A stretch of 64,000 nucleotides of DNA from Promethearchaeota archaeon (GCA_048940445.1 JBHLON010000017.1:1574-65573), one strand, 5' to 3'; positions 37,749 to 47,918 are shown, counted from the first letter of the stretch. Numbers and translations: made by a program. Notes: a model not told the origin generated them from the letters alone.

Positions 37749-39089
37749 ATGAATTGCATGCAAAATACTGAAGATAACTTATTAAAACAAGCTGAGGAAT
37801 TAGAGAAACGTTCTAAAGTCGAGATTCGAAATAAAAATTATGACAGTGCTATTGCCTTGTTATTAGAGGCTAAGGATCTCTATGCTAGATTAGCACTAAC
37901 TGGTCAAGTAGGGATATTATTAAAGGAAATCGTCAAAATTAAGAACATTAAAAAAGAAGATATGAAATTGGAAACTGTATCAGTAGATAGGTTACAGGTC
38001 CAAAAAGAAGATGCAATTAAAATGGAAGTGAATGGTAAGGAAAGTTTAGAAACCAAAGGAAATAATTTGCTAGAAGAAGCACGAAAACTTACATTAAATG
38101 AGGAGCTAGATAAGGCATTGAAACTATACAATGAAGCATATGATAGTTTTAAAAAGATCAACTATAGTTATGTAATGAAGCAAATTTTATGGCAAATTAA
38201 TGAGATTAAAAAGTATCAAAAGTGGAATAGGTCTCAATCTTCCACTAAACAACAAATTCCCGTAAAGGACATTCTGGCATTAGCTGCTGCTGAAAAAAGA
38301 AGATTACGAATCCAGGAAGAATTAAGTGAAGGAAAGAAATCTAGAACAAAACATGAAATAGAAGAGAGATCAAGAGCAGTAGATCTAAAAGAAGTTAAAT
38401 CCTATAAACTATTTGAACAATTGAGTGAAAAAGAACATTTAGAAAAAGAGCAAAAGAAAGCAGAAAAAGAATTATTACAAAAACAAAGAGAAGAAAGAAA
38501 TCAAGTGATAAAAGAACGTACAATGAAATTAAGACACTTAACGGAACGTAAAAAGAAAGAAGAGTCACTTCTCAAGACTGCTGAAGAATCTCTAAATATA
38601 GCCAAAAGTTTGGTTCAAAAAAGGCAATATGGACAAGCTAAGTCGCACTATGAAAAAGCAATAGAAACTTTTACTCAACTAGGGTGGTTAGATCAAGTAA
38701 GAGTATTAAAACAAGAATTATGGAACATTGATCGCTATAAAAAAGAATATGAGAAAAAACTTGAATTAGAAATTACTGCAAAACAGAAAAGTGAAGATGA
38801 ATTCGAAAAAAGAGTAAAACTTGTATCACATAAGCAAGAGAAACATCAAGAAATAGCTTTAGAAAAAATGAAAGCGTTATCTCCAGAATTAAAAGCAAAA
38901 TTAGAAAAGATATGTTTAATAAAAAGAAAAGCAGATAAAGAAGAGTCTTTAAATAATTTTTCTAGAATATTAGATCGTTATAAATATATTTTAGAATTAT
39001 ACAATTCGATCCCAACTGATATACTTGATGTAAATGAAGAGATTTCACAAATAAGAAAGAAAATTTCAGAATTAGAATCCCGATTATAA
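37749..39089 (+). CDS. K/E-rich helical-repeat / coiled-coil protein (hypothetical)
   Basis: 446 aa. Recurrent TPR/MIT-like hairpin units ('NYDSAIALLLEAKDLYARL', 'LDKALKLYNEAYDSFKKI', 'QYGQAKSHYEKAIETFTQLGW'). Confidence 0.5.
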   Translation: MNCMQNTEDNLLKQAEELEKRSKVEIRNKNYDSAIALLLEAKDLYARLALTGQVGILLKEIVKIKNIKKEDMKLETVSVDRLQVQKEDAIKMEVNGKESLETKGNNLLEEARKLTLNEELDKALKLYNEAYDSFKKINYSYVMKQILWQINEIKKYQKWNRSQSSTKQQIPVKDILALAAAEKRRLRIQEELSEGKKSRTKHEIEERSRAVDLKEVKSYKLFEQLSEKEHLEKEQKKAEKELLQKQREERNQVIKERTMKLRHLTERKKKEESLLKTAEESLNIAKSLVQKRQYGQAKSHYEKAIETFTQLGWLDQVRVLKQELWNIDRYKKEYEKKLELEITAKQKSEDEFEKRVKLVSHKQEKHQEIALEKMKALSPELKAKLEKICLIKRKADKEESLNNFSRILDRYKYILELYNSIPTDILDVNEEISQIRKKISELESRL

Positions 39090-39117
39090 TTTCTTGACCT
39101 CTTGAAAATGATTTATT

Positions 39118-40158
39118 ATGAAGAATCCGTTTTTAGATTTTTATCACGTTCCTAATTCTAAACAATTATTGGATATTGCATTCAGTAGAGCTATGAAAAG
39201 CTCAGCTCAAGTTTCCAAGAATGCTCCTATTTTAGTAAAAGCAAAAAAAAAAGAATTTAAACGAATAAAAGTAGCGATTAGTGAAATAATTGAGAGAATT
39301 CTTAAAATAATAAAAAGCGTCCCAATAATAGATGAATTACCTGAGTTCTATAAGGAATTAGCTTCATTACTTGTAGATATTGAAAAATTAAAATTAACGT
39401 TGGGTAAATTAAATGGGATTTTACCGATTCTGAGTCAAATTGAACGTTATTATTCTAAACAATTAAATTATATTAATGCCCCGAATGAAGCAGACAAACT
39501 AAGACGGGCTGCTTTTGGAAGGATATCTTCAATTTTAAATAAACAAAACAAAAATCTTGAATATTTGAATACAATTAGAGGGAAGTTACGATCTATACCC
39601 TCAATTGATTACACCCTACCGTGTGTTGTCATCGCTGGTTATCCAAATGTGGGGAAAAGCAGTTTAGTAAAAAATATATCTACTAATAAGAAAATTGAAG
39701 TTCAAGAATACCCCTTCACTACTAAAGAATTAATTATGGGTCATTTAGATATCGTGCGAAAATTTGATAAAATCAAAATTCAATGTTTAGATACACCCGG
39801 TATTTTAGACAGACCTATGATAGAGAGAAATAATATCGAATTACAAGCAATATTAGCTTTAAGACTTATATCAGATTTAATTATTTTTATGTTTGATCCT
39901 ACTCCTGCGTGTGGTTATTCAATCGATTCACAAGTACAATTATTTTATGAAATTAAGAGTAATTTTACACAAAATGAAAAAATTCAAATAAAGATTGTGT
40001 TTAATAAGATGGACCTAGCAAGTCAATCGGAAATTTCAGATTTAGCTCAAAAATTAGGATTGAACAATGAAGAATATCTCCTAACTAATGCAAAAACAGG
40101 TGATAACCTAGATAAATTAATTTCTTTCTTACAGGGTAAATATTCAGGAGAAAACTAA
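39118..40158 (+). CDS. NOG1-family GTPase
   Basis: NOG1-type helical N-domain, G1 'AGYPNVGKSS', G3 'DTPGILDRP' and G4 'NKMD'. Confidence 0.85.
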   Translation: MKNPFLDFYHVPNSKQLLDIAFSRAMKSSAQVSKNAPILVKAKKKEFKRIKVAISEIIERILKIIKSVPIIDELPEFYKELASLLVDIEKLKLTLGKLNGILPILSQIERYYSKQLNYINAPNEADKLRRAAFGRISSILNKQNKNLEYLNTIRGKLRSIPSIDYTLPCVVIAGYPNVGKSSLVKNISTNKKIEVQEYPFTTKELIMGHLDIVRKFDKIKIQCLDTPGILDRPMIERNNIELQAILALRLISDLIIFMFDPTPACGYSIDSQVQLFYEIKSNFTQNEKIQIKIVFNKMDLASQSEISDLAQKLGLNNEEYLLTNAKTGDNLDKLISFLQGKYSGEN

Positions 40159-40176
40159 TTCTTTTTTCGATAAATT

Positions 40177-41292
40177 ATGAGCAGCTTAAAAATCTTAGGT
40201 TTAGACATTGGAGGAGCAAACACAAAAGCAGCTTTAATTATAAGTGATCAACATAAAATAATCAAGTCGATATCTTCAATTGAATATTTTCCATTTTGGG
40301 AAAAAAATTTAGATGAAATTCCCAAAATGCTTAAAAGAATCACGAAAAAAGTAGTACACAATCATATCAAACCTAATGATATTGATTTTATTTCAATTAC
40401 TATTACAGCAGAACTTTCAGATGCGTTTCAAACTAAACGGGAAGGAATCGAAATCATTCTTGATAAATTAGGTGAAGTTTTTAATAAAGAAAAAATGGTG
40501 TTCATAAATTCAGATGCTAAATTCATTACCACTGATAATGCAAAGAAATATTATTTAATGATCGCTGGTTCAAATTGGGCTTCGACTGCCTTATTTCTGG
40601 GCAATTTTGTAAAAAATTGTATCTTAATTGATGCTGGATCCACTACTATTGATCTTATTCCTATATTAAATTCTCAACCAATTTGTTTAGGAAAAACGGA
40701 TATAGATAGAATAATTAATCATGAATTAATTTATACTGGAGGTTTAAGAGCAACCATTCCCTCGATTACTCATTTTGTACCATATAATGGTAAAAATGTC
40801 AGAATTTCTTTTGAAAAGTTTGCTTTGATCTCTGATATACATAGAATATTGAATAATATTTCAGAGGATGAATATATTACTGATACAGCAGATAATCGTT
40901 CGAAAACAATTGATAATTGTTATGCACGTCTCTCACGTATGATATGTATGGATCCAGAACTTATTTCTAAAGAAGAGTTAAATAAAATAGCCCAGTTTGT
41001 TTACGAAAAGCAATTAGATATTGTAGCTTCAGAAATTTCATTGTTCATGGAATCATTAACTTCAAGACTGCCAACTTTTAAAAATGATCCTTTATTTGTA
41101 ATAACTGGCTTAGCAGCAGACTTTTTAATTAAAAAAACTTTAATAAAACTAGGTTTTAATAAAATTAAATATTTAGATAATGTAACTAATACTTCTGATA
41201 AAATAGGTTCCTCTGCTTTAGCAGTAGCAGGAGCACTTTACTATCAATTACAGAAAGATAAGAATTATGGCAATAAAAAGCGCTATCTTTAA
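40177..41292 (+). CDS. hydantoinase/oxoprolinase-like ASKHA protein (H4MPT-linked C1-transfer-pathway protein-like)
   Basis: 'LGLDIGGANTKAALI' and 'ILIDAGSTTIDLIP' ASKHA phosphate motifs. The family assignment is from memory of TIGR03123-type proteins. Confidence 0.5.
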   Translation: MSSLKILGLDIGGANTKAALIISDQHKIIKSISSIEYFPFWEKNLDEIPKMLKRITKKVVHNHIKPNDIDFISITITAELSDAFQTKREGIEIILDKLGEVFNKEKMVFINSDAKFITTDNAKKYYLMIAGSNWASTALFLGNFVKNCILIDAGSTTIDLIPILNSQPICLGKTDIDRIINHELIYTGGLRATIPSITHFVPYNGKNVRISFEKFALISDIHRILNNISEDEYITDTADNRSKTIDNCYARLSRMICMDPELISKEELNKIAQFVYEKQLDIVASEISLFMESLTSRLPTFKNDPLFVITGLAADFLIKKTLIKLGFNKIKYLDNVTNTSDKIGSSALAVAGALYYQLQKDKNYGNKKRYL

Positions 41293-41995
41293 AATTGGCG
41301 GCAAAATATTTGAAAATAGTAAACGCTTGATTAATTCTATAACTCAACTAACTCAATTGTATGAAAATGACATAATTCAGAAAATAATATTAATTCCTGG
41401 TGGAGGTAAAGCTGCTAGTTTTGTAAGGGAAATGTGTTTAGAATTTAAATTTAGTAATGAATTAGCTCATTGGATTGCAATATATTCTATGAATTTTAAT
41501 GGAATTAAAATAAATAAGAAATTTCCTGATTTTGAGATCAGTGAAGAATTTGAAGATATTCAGAAAGAAGATAAGATCATGGAAATTTTTCTACCTTATA
41601 GATATTTGAGAAATACAGATGAGTTACCTCATAGTTGGGATGTGACTTCAGATTCAATTACTTTATATTTAGCACATAAACTCAATTTAGAAGAATGCTT
41701 TTTGATAAAAGATGTAGATGGAATTATAGATATTAATCAATCAGTTATTAAGGAACTTTCCACTGAAAGATTGAATAAACTCAAAGAGCAAGGTTGGTTA
41801 TTTAGATATCAATTCGTTAAACAAGATTTAAAAAGCAAATCGGCACCAATTGATTCTTATATTGTAAAATTAATAGACGAATTTAAAATAATTTGTACTA
41901 TTTTAAATGGAGCAAGTCAAAATTTGATGATTTATGATTACTTTAAATCTGATAAAAATGTCAATAAGAAATACACAAAAATATTCCCCACTTAA
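41267..41995 (+). CDS. amino-acid-kinase-fold protein (possibly MfnE-like)
   Basis: 'IFKIGGKIFEN' and 'LIPGGGKAASFVRE'. Overlaps the upstream gene by 26 nt. Confidence 0.5.
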   Translation: MAIKSAIFKIGGKIFENSKRLINSITQLTQLYENDIIQKIILIPGGGKAASFVREMCLEFKFSNELAHWIAIYSMNFNGIKINKKFPDFEISEEFEDIQKEDKIMEIFLPYRYLRNTDELPHSWDVTSDSITLYLAHKLNLEECFLIKDVDGIIDINQSVIKELSTERLNKLKEQGWLFRYQFVKQDLKSKSAPIDSYIVKLIDEFKIICTILNGASQNLMIYDYFKSDKNVNKKYTKIFPT

Positions 41996-42130
41996 GTTAG
42001 GTTACTTTTCAACTATTTATTCCATTAAAACATATGATTAGATAATGTAATTAAAGTTTTAATTGAATTGAACCTAATTTAATAATATAATTAATAAATT
42101 TTTAAAATCAAAATTTAGTGAAATTTTACT

Positions 42131-42631
42131 ATGAATGATGAACAAATCAAGAAAAATGCAGAATTTTTAGTAAATAATTTAGGAGGCAAAGAAGTTCCTG
42201 GTTCAGTAAAATTTAACGTGAGATATAAGACGCTTGTTGATTTTGCTAAGGTTTATGGGATTACAGATCCTAAATATGTAGGGCTAGAAGAAGAAGGAGT
42301 GATCGCATGCCATGCATTTGCTAATAATTTTACTATTAAAGCACTTTATAAAATGCTTCTTGGAATGAAAATCGTACGAGATGGAGAAGAACGCCCCTTT
42401 CTTAAAAATCCCGGAAAATTATTGCATATGGGTCAAACATATGACTGGGATGGTTGTGTAGACATTAATGCTGGAGATAAACTTATTATTACGGCTAAAT
42501 GGGGAAAGGTATGGTTAATTGAAAAAAACATGATGCTCTTAGCCGAATTTTTAGTGACCGTTAAGAACCAAAATGGAGAATTGGTGGTAAAACCAATTGT
42601 AACTGCTGGAATTAGACCAGGAGGGTATTAG
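42131..42631 (+). CDS. hot-dog fold protein (MaoC N-terminal-like / HadA-like dehydratase partner)
   Basis: 166 aa. 'FAKVYGITDPKYV', and paired with the MaoC gene 24 nt downstream. Confidence 0.55.
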   Translation: MNDEQIKKNAEFLVNNLGGKEVPGSVKFNVRYKTLVDFAKVYGITDPKYVGLEEEGVIACHAFANNFTIKALYKMLLGMKIVRDGEERPFLKNPGKLLHMGQTYDWDGCVDINAGDKLIITAKWGKVWLIEKNMMLLAEFLVTVKNQNGELVVKPIVTAGIRPGGY

Positions 42632-42655
42632 TTTAATAATGGGAGGTAAAAAAAA

Positions 42656-43204
42656 ATGGTAAAAATTTCAGATCTTAAAATAGGACAAGTTATTAGAAAT
42701 GAATTTGATGGAATTACACGTGAATTATTAAGAGAGTATGCAAAAGCTTCAGGAGATACAAATCCAATCCATACTAATGATGAAATAGCTATAAAGGCAG
42801 GGTTAAAAGGTATAATTGCACATGGACTTTTTTCTTTTGGATTTATAACAAAACTGTTTGAAGATTTTCTTGAGCATGGCAAATATGGAAAACTTATTAA
42901 GACAGATGTAGAAATGCGAGGCATGGTACGCTGCGGTGACATGCTCGTAACAGAGGCTAAGATAACCAATATAGAAGGTAGTAGAGTTTATTATGATGTT
43001 ACCCAAACAACCTTTACTAATGTAGATATAAAAGATAAAAATGGAAATTTAATAAAGCAATTTGAGGCTGGCGAAAGAGGTTATATTTCTGATAAAGATA
43101 TAGAAAGAGGGTTAGTTAAGACAAAAGAAGTCCCAGAGGGTATTTTAACATATAGAGAAAGAATTGCCACTCCTGGTACAGCCATTATTGAACTATTTGA
43201 ATAA
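42656..43204 (+). CDS. MaoC-like (R)-specific enoyl-CoA hydratase / dehydratase
   Basis: 'YAKASGDTNPIHTNDEIA...GLKGIIAHG' hydratase-2 motif. Confidence 0.8.
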   Translation: MVKISDLKIGQVIRNEFDGITRELLREYAKASGDTNPIHTNDEIAIKAGLKGIIAHGLFSFGFITKLFEDFLEHGKYGKLIKTDVEMRGMVRCGDMLVTEAKITNIEGSRVYYDVTQTTFTNVDIKDKNGNLIKQFEAGERGYISDKDIERGLVKTKEVPEGILTYRERIATPGTAIIELFE

Positions 43205-43381
43205 CTCCGTCAAAAATATTATTAAGGGATAACCCCTTAAAGCTTATTATTTTTTAATTTTCATTCTCCTAAACTTTAAAATAACAAATTGTTATGTTAT
43301 TTTTGAAATAACATTTTTATAGTTTTATAACAAAAGAGTTTATTGCAATATTTAGATAATAGATTACGTTGAAGTATTAGT

Positions 43382-46315
43382 TTGACATCTATTGATTTAG
43401 ACGAAGAGAAAGTAAAGGATTTGATAGCTTGCGGTTCTTATGAAAAAGCCGCTGAGCAAATCTTCCTAATTTTAGAAGAACATGCTAGTTCAGATAAGGA
43501 GTTAATATATAAAACTCTGAGTTTATTAAATTTAATTTGTGATAAATCTCCTTCTATTTCTGAGCGAATAATAAAGATAATAGATTTAATAATAAATGAT
43601 GAGAATTCTTGGATTCGCCTTGTTTGCTTAGAAATTCTTTATCAAATCTCATTATATCGCCCTAATTTATTAATTGATCTTATAGAGAAAATTAAAAATC
43701 GGTTTTATGATCAAGAATCAGCAATTCGAAGATTAGCGGTTAAAATAATTGGTAATTTGATTTTATATTTACATATTGATCGTGAAGAATTATATACGAT
43801 TATTGAAGAATTTACAGAAAAATTAATGGATTCTGATTGGAAAGTTAAATTAGAAGTAATTAAAACAATAAAAAGAATTCTAAACCAAGATTATACAAAG
43901 ATTCGCGACTTAGAACCTTTATTATCAATTGTTATTGTAAATTTGAGAGATGAAGATGATGATGTAGCGCGATCAGCAGCAGAATTGCTCAAAATCCTTG
44001 GGATTTACTTTTTATCTAAAGAAAAGATAATGTATATCCTCTTAAATTTATTATACAATGAAGAATCTCGGGTGAAAGAATTAATCATTTGGTTGTTTGG
44101 AGAAATAGGGAAAGAAAAATCCTCAGAAATAATCCCTATTATTCCAAAATTAATAAATCTGCTCAAAGAAGACAATTATCGTATTCAAATTAAAGTAATC
44201 GATGCACTTGTAAGCATTGCTCAAAATAATTTTGATCAAATTTGGTCAAACTTGATTAATAAGCTATATACGACTAGTGATCTTGACTTTAAAAACATAA
44301 TTATTAATGCTCTTTATCATTTGAGTCAGAATAATATCACAGATATCTTTAATTATGTTTTTGAGGAACTTGAAAACCCATCTGAAGATGTGAGAGACGG
44401 TGTTGCATTGGTTTTTAAGCGATTATTTGAAGAATATCAAGTTGAGATTGAAAATGAGATTACTAAAATCTTATATAGATTAGAATCTAAATATTGGAGA
44501 GAGAGAAAGAAAGCAATAAATTTACTAGGGAATGTTTGTTTCATTTTGGAAAACAAAAAAATAGCAGTTTGGCTTTATGTTGAATTAGAGAAAAGGCTAA
44601 AAATCGAAACTGATCCTGATGTTCAAGAAGAAATCTCATATACATTAAATCATATTAAATTAAATTTTAGTAATATTGATGATATTATACTGAGAGTCAA
44701 TGAAGATTTAGATGACTTTCATAAAACTATTAAAGACTTCCAAAAAATTCCGGCTCAATTTCGTGAAAAAATGAATTCATATATAAAGGAATTCAAATTT
44801 CATGAAACTGAAGTTAAGTTAAATAAAATTTATTCTGATATTCTTAAAAAGATAAAAAAATTTAATAAGAAAATCAATAAATTCGAATATAAGAGATTGG
44901 CATTTAATTTAATTGAAGACTGGCAAGAAACTAAATTGCTTATCATTGATGAGTTAAGTATAGTTAAAGGTTTTATTTCTGAAATATTTGAAGAAAAAAA
45001 AGTAGAATTTACATCAACCCTAAAATCAAAAATTAAAGTTTTGGAGGATCGAATTTCAGTTTTAAATGCGCAGTTTGAAGTAATTAAAAATTATAAATTT
45101 CCAGACAATTTAGATACCATTCTAATGTCTCAAACTCAGGATAAAGATGTGGAGGAACGTCTAACTCAAATTACTCAGTTAAGAAATTATTTATTTAGAC
45201 TCGATGACGATATTAGAGAAATTTTAGTAAATAATGTAGAATTTAATGAAATCTTTAAAGAGTTAGTGAAAAAATGGGTTGAATCAAAAATCCAAATTCA
45301 AGAGTATTTAAGTGAATTAGATAAGAAAATAAAGCAAATAAAAGATAAAATTGTGGATTATTTTGTAGAAACAACCAAAGGAGATAAACAAGAATTAAAG
45401 GTTAATGGAATCCAAAATGAATTAGGATTTCAATTATTTCAGGGACATATTCAATCAATAATAACTCAAGGTATTGAAGGTTTTAAGAAGTTTAACGAGG
45501 ATTTTGATAAACTAAATTCAAACTTAAATACATTAATCCAAAAAAGTGAATTTGGTGATGCAATTAAATTAATTGAAATGAATTCGAAGCAAATCCAAAA
45601 TTTTATCGAAAATTATGAAGATCAGATTGATAATATCATTGGAAAAGTTGGAGAAGAGAAAAATGATATTTTTAATTTATATATTAGGCCTTTTATTACA
45701 AAATTTGTATCGGCAAAAGAGTTGTTGATTAATAAATTAAAAAACTTTTCAGAAAAAGGTACTAACAAAATCTATTTGAACCAGATTAAATATTATTTAG
45801 AAGTAATTAATCCAATAAATTTAGAAAGTCTTGCATCATATCTAGAATTAGATACTGAATATTTGAAGGAATTAATTTTCAATTTCATCCATAAAGGTAA
45901 ATTAAATGCCAAAATAGTAAATGATAACCTATATTCTCCAAGAAGTGAAGATGATTTTATAGAGGCAAAGGATCTCCTCTTTTTTAAAAATATAAAAACA
46001 ATAGGTAATAAAATGAATTTAAACTTTAAATTAAATAATCCTACCAATTTCGATTTTCGAGAAATTCAAATTTCACTAAAAATCCCATCTTATCTAACTT
46101 TTATTATGAAAGAAAGCTTTCCAAGCTATTTATATCTAAATGAATTAAAGTCTGGAAGTGTTTTTAAATTCAATTATGTTCTTAAGATTAATCGTAATAT
46201 TGAAAAAAATATAGCAGATCCAACTGTGGATGAGATAACTCTTAATTTATTTTATAAAGATCCATTTGATATTCAACGAAAAACAACTAAAAAAATTGAT
46301 CTGCTCCTACCTTGA
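43382..46315 (+). CDS. HEAT-repeat protein with central coiled coil, PCI-like winged helix and C-terminal beta-rich domain (hypothetical)
   Basis: 977 aa, TTG start. At least 7 HEAT-like units in residues ~60-420 ('IRRLAVKIIGNL', 'WKVKLEVIKTIKRIL', 'VARSAAELL', 'YRIQIKVIDALVSIA', 'VRDGVALVFKRL', 'WRERKKAINLLGNV'). WH-like 'INLESLASYLELDTEYLKELIFNFIHKGKLNAKIVND' at nt ~45790-45940. Confidence 0.55.
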   Translation: MTSIDLDEEKVKDLIACGSYEKAAEQIFLILEEHASSDKELIYKTLSLLNLICDKSPSISERIIKIIDLIINDENSWIRLVCLEILYQISLYRPNLLIDLIEKIKNRFYDQESAIRRLAVKIIGNLILYLHIDREELYTIIEEFTEKLMDSDWKVKLEVIKTIKRILNQDYTKIRDLEPLLSIVIVNLRDEDDDVARSAAELLKILGIYFLSKEKIMYILLNLLYNEESRVKELIIWLFGEIGKEKSSEIIPIIPKLINLLKEDNYRIQIKVIDALVSIAQNNFDQIWSNLINKLYTTSDLDFKNIIINALYHLSQNNITDIFNYVFEELENPSEDVRDGVALVFKRLFEEYQVEIENEITKILYRLESKYWRERKKAINLLGNVCFILENKKIAVWLYVELEKRLKIETDPDVQEEISYTLNHIKLNFSNIDDIILRVNEDLDDFHKTIKDFQKIPAQFREKMNSYIKEFKFHETEVKLNKIYSDILKKIKKFNKKINKFEYKRLAFNLIEDWQETKLLIIDELSIVKGFISEIFEEKKVEFTSTLKSKIKVLEDRISVLNAQFEVIKNYKFPDNLDTILMSQTQDKDVEERLTQITQLRNYLFRLDDDIREILVNNVEFNEIFKELVKKWVESKIQIQEYLSELDKKIKQIKDKIVDYFVETTKGDKQELKVNGIQNELGFQLFQGHIQSIITQGIEGFKKFNEDFDKLNSNLNTLIQKSEFGDAIKLIEMNSKQIQNFIENYEDQIDNIIGKVGEEKNDIFNLYIRPFITKFVSAKELLINKLKNFSEKGTNKIYLNQIKYYLEVINPINLESLASYLELDTEYLKELIFNFIHKGKLNAKIVNDNLYSPRSEDDFIEAKDLLFFKNIKTIGNKMNLNFKLNNPTNFDFREIQISLKIPSYLTFIMKESFPSYLYLNELKSGSVFKFNYVLKINRNIEKNIADPTVDEITLNLFYKDPFDIQRKTTKKIDLLLP

Positions 46316-46348
46316 TTCAATTTCAAGTTTATTCTGCTCTTCTTTACC

Positions 46349-46537
46349 CTACTCCGGAAATGGTGGATGAAGAATAGGTAACTCAATTTTTTCCCATTCT
46401 ATAATAGACTTTATCTTTTCAGTTAACTTCTGATAATCAGAATCTAAAACAGCTTTAACATAGGCTTTTTCTATCTGCACCATACTCTGCCATTGTCTTT
46501 TAACTACTAATATTTGGGTGTTATAACCACCACTCAT
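46349..46537 (-). CDS. small ORF (62 aa), possible 3' half of a split gene
   Basis: The ORF stays open upstream through an A10 run. See the partner ORF at 46555-46668. Confidence 0.3.
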   Translation of the reverse strand: MSGGYNTQILVVKRQWQSMVQIEKAYVKAVLDSDYQKLTEKIKSIIEWEKIELPILHPPFPE

Positions 46538-46554
46538 ATAACGATCTTTTTTTT

Positions 46555-46668
46555 TTAAGGAAATCCAAAACTTTGTTTAAGTTCATTAAATTGTTTATCA
46601 AGTTTCTTTAACTCATCCCATTTACCATTTGCTATCCTTTGAATCAGGCTCTCAATTATTATAACCAT
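46555..46668 (-). CDS. small ORF (37 aa), possible 5' half of a split gene
   Basis: Hand translation gives MVIIIESLIQRIANGKWDELKKLDKQFNELKQSFGFP*. It ends at the start of the A10 run. Confidence 0.25.
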   Translation of the reverse strand: MVIIIESLIQRIANGKWDELKKLDKQFNELKQSFGFP

Positions 46669-46888
46669 TAAATTTCATCTTTATTCACTTACTAATAACA
46701 AATAATTATGTTAACAAAAATTTATATTCCATTTCATATTAAAAATATTTTTTATCGAAATATTAAATAAATCTATCGAAGAAATAAATCAATTAATAAG
46801 TGATAATTAATTTTGAAATACGATAATTTAAAATCTATTACAAACTAGGAGTTATACCAAATTATCTGAATAAAAGATGAGGTGAAAG

Positions 46889-47917
46889 ATGGAAAAAAAT
46901 AAAGAATATAGACTTACAGCTCAAGTAAAAATTCATGGATGATCATGTAAACTATCCTCAGACAATTTAGAAAATTTATTACGAAACGCTGGTCTTCGGG
47001 GAGATTTTGAGGATGCTGCAGTAATCACTATTCCTAATAGTGACATAGTATTAGTAAAAAATTTGGACGTATTTACTCCAATCGTAGATGAACCTGAGAT
47101 TATGGGTGAAATTGCCGCATGTAATGTGACAAATGACATTTTTGCTATGAATGTACCTGAGATCTCTGGAATGTTAGTCTTTTTAGCTATTAATACAAAT
47201 ACTCCTCTGGAAATTGCTGAAGGAATATTAGTCGGTATAAGAAATTTTATGGAAAGAAAACTGAATTCTCGTATAGTAGGAGGGCATACAATTTACTCAG
47301 AATGGCCATTAATAGGAGGAGAAGCTTCGGGGTTTGTCAAACGAGATCAAATAATTTGGAAACAAGGTGTTAAAAACGGTGATAAACTGATTTTAACCAA
47401 ACCAGTTGGATTGCAAGGGATCATGGCAGCATACAGAATCTTAAAGGACTTCCCAGATATGTTAGAAAACTATTCCAAAAAGGAATTAATAAAGTCTATT
47501 AATTTTGCGATTGAACTGATGACTACTCCGAATCAAAATGTAGTAAAGATAATTCATTCTCATCCAGACTTTTCCTTTATACATTCAATGTCGGATGTGA
47601 CTGGGTTTGGATTAGCTGGTCATACAAAAGAAATGCTACAGAATTCAAAATTATCCGCAATTATTGAAAAGATTCCTTCGATAAAGTTATCCCAAGAACT
47701 ATCAAGTGAGCTAGGTTATGCGTTTGACGATTGCACTTGCCATGAAACCGCTGGTGGATTATTAATCGCTATAGATCCAAATAAGGCAGAAGAATTTTCA
47801 AATACTCTCCTAGATGGTGGTGTTAAAAATTGGATTATCGGAAGAATTGATTCAAATAAACCAGGAATCGTGAAAATTGCCAAAAATGTAGAAATCATCG
47901 AAATTAATGAGAGTTAG
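46889..47917 (+). CDS. selD: selenide, water dikinase (selenophosphate synthetase) with in-frame UGA (Sec) at codon 18
   Basis: The listed ORF 47063-47917 carries 'DVFTPIVDEPEIMGEIAACNVTNDIFAM', 'RIVGGHT' and similar motifs. The same frame extends upstream to ATG 46889 (GAGGTGA SD at 46879-46885) through one TGA at 46940-46942. That gives MEKNKEYRLTAQVKIHG-U-SCKLSSDNLENLL, matching the E. coli 'LTQYSHGAGCGCK' region with U at the Cys17 position. Confidence 0.85.
46940..46942 (+). other. UGA selenocysteine codon in selD
   Basis: It is the only stop in an otherwise continuous 342-codon SelD frame. It lies in the glycine-rich N-terminal loop where SelD orthologs carry Cys or Sec. Confidence 0.75.
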
Positions 47918-47918
47918 A

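Noticed and set aside
42628-43006. ORFs 42628-42969 and 42803-43006 (-), across the MaoC gene.
   Set aside because: They are antisense to a CDS carrying a clear hydratase-2 motif and have no motifs of their own.
46933-47139. ORF 46933-47139 (-), and the idea that selD is 5'-truncated or a pseudogene.
   Set aside because: The plus-strand frame is continuous SelD sequence from an SD-preceded ATG at 46889, apart from a single TGA at the conserved Cys/Sec position. A selenocysteine codon explains this better than a pseudogene or an antisense gene.
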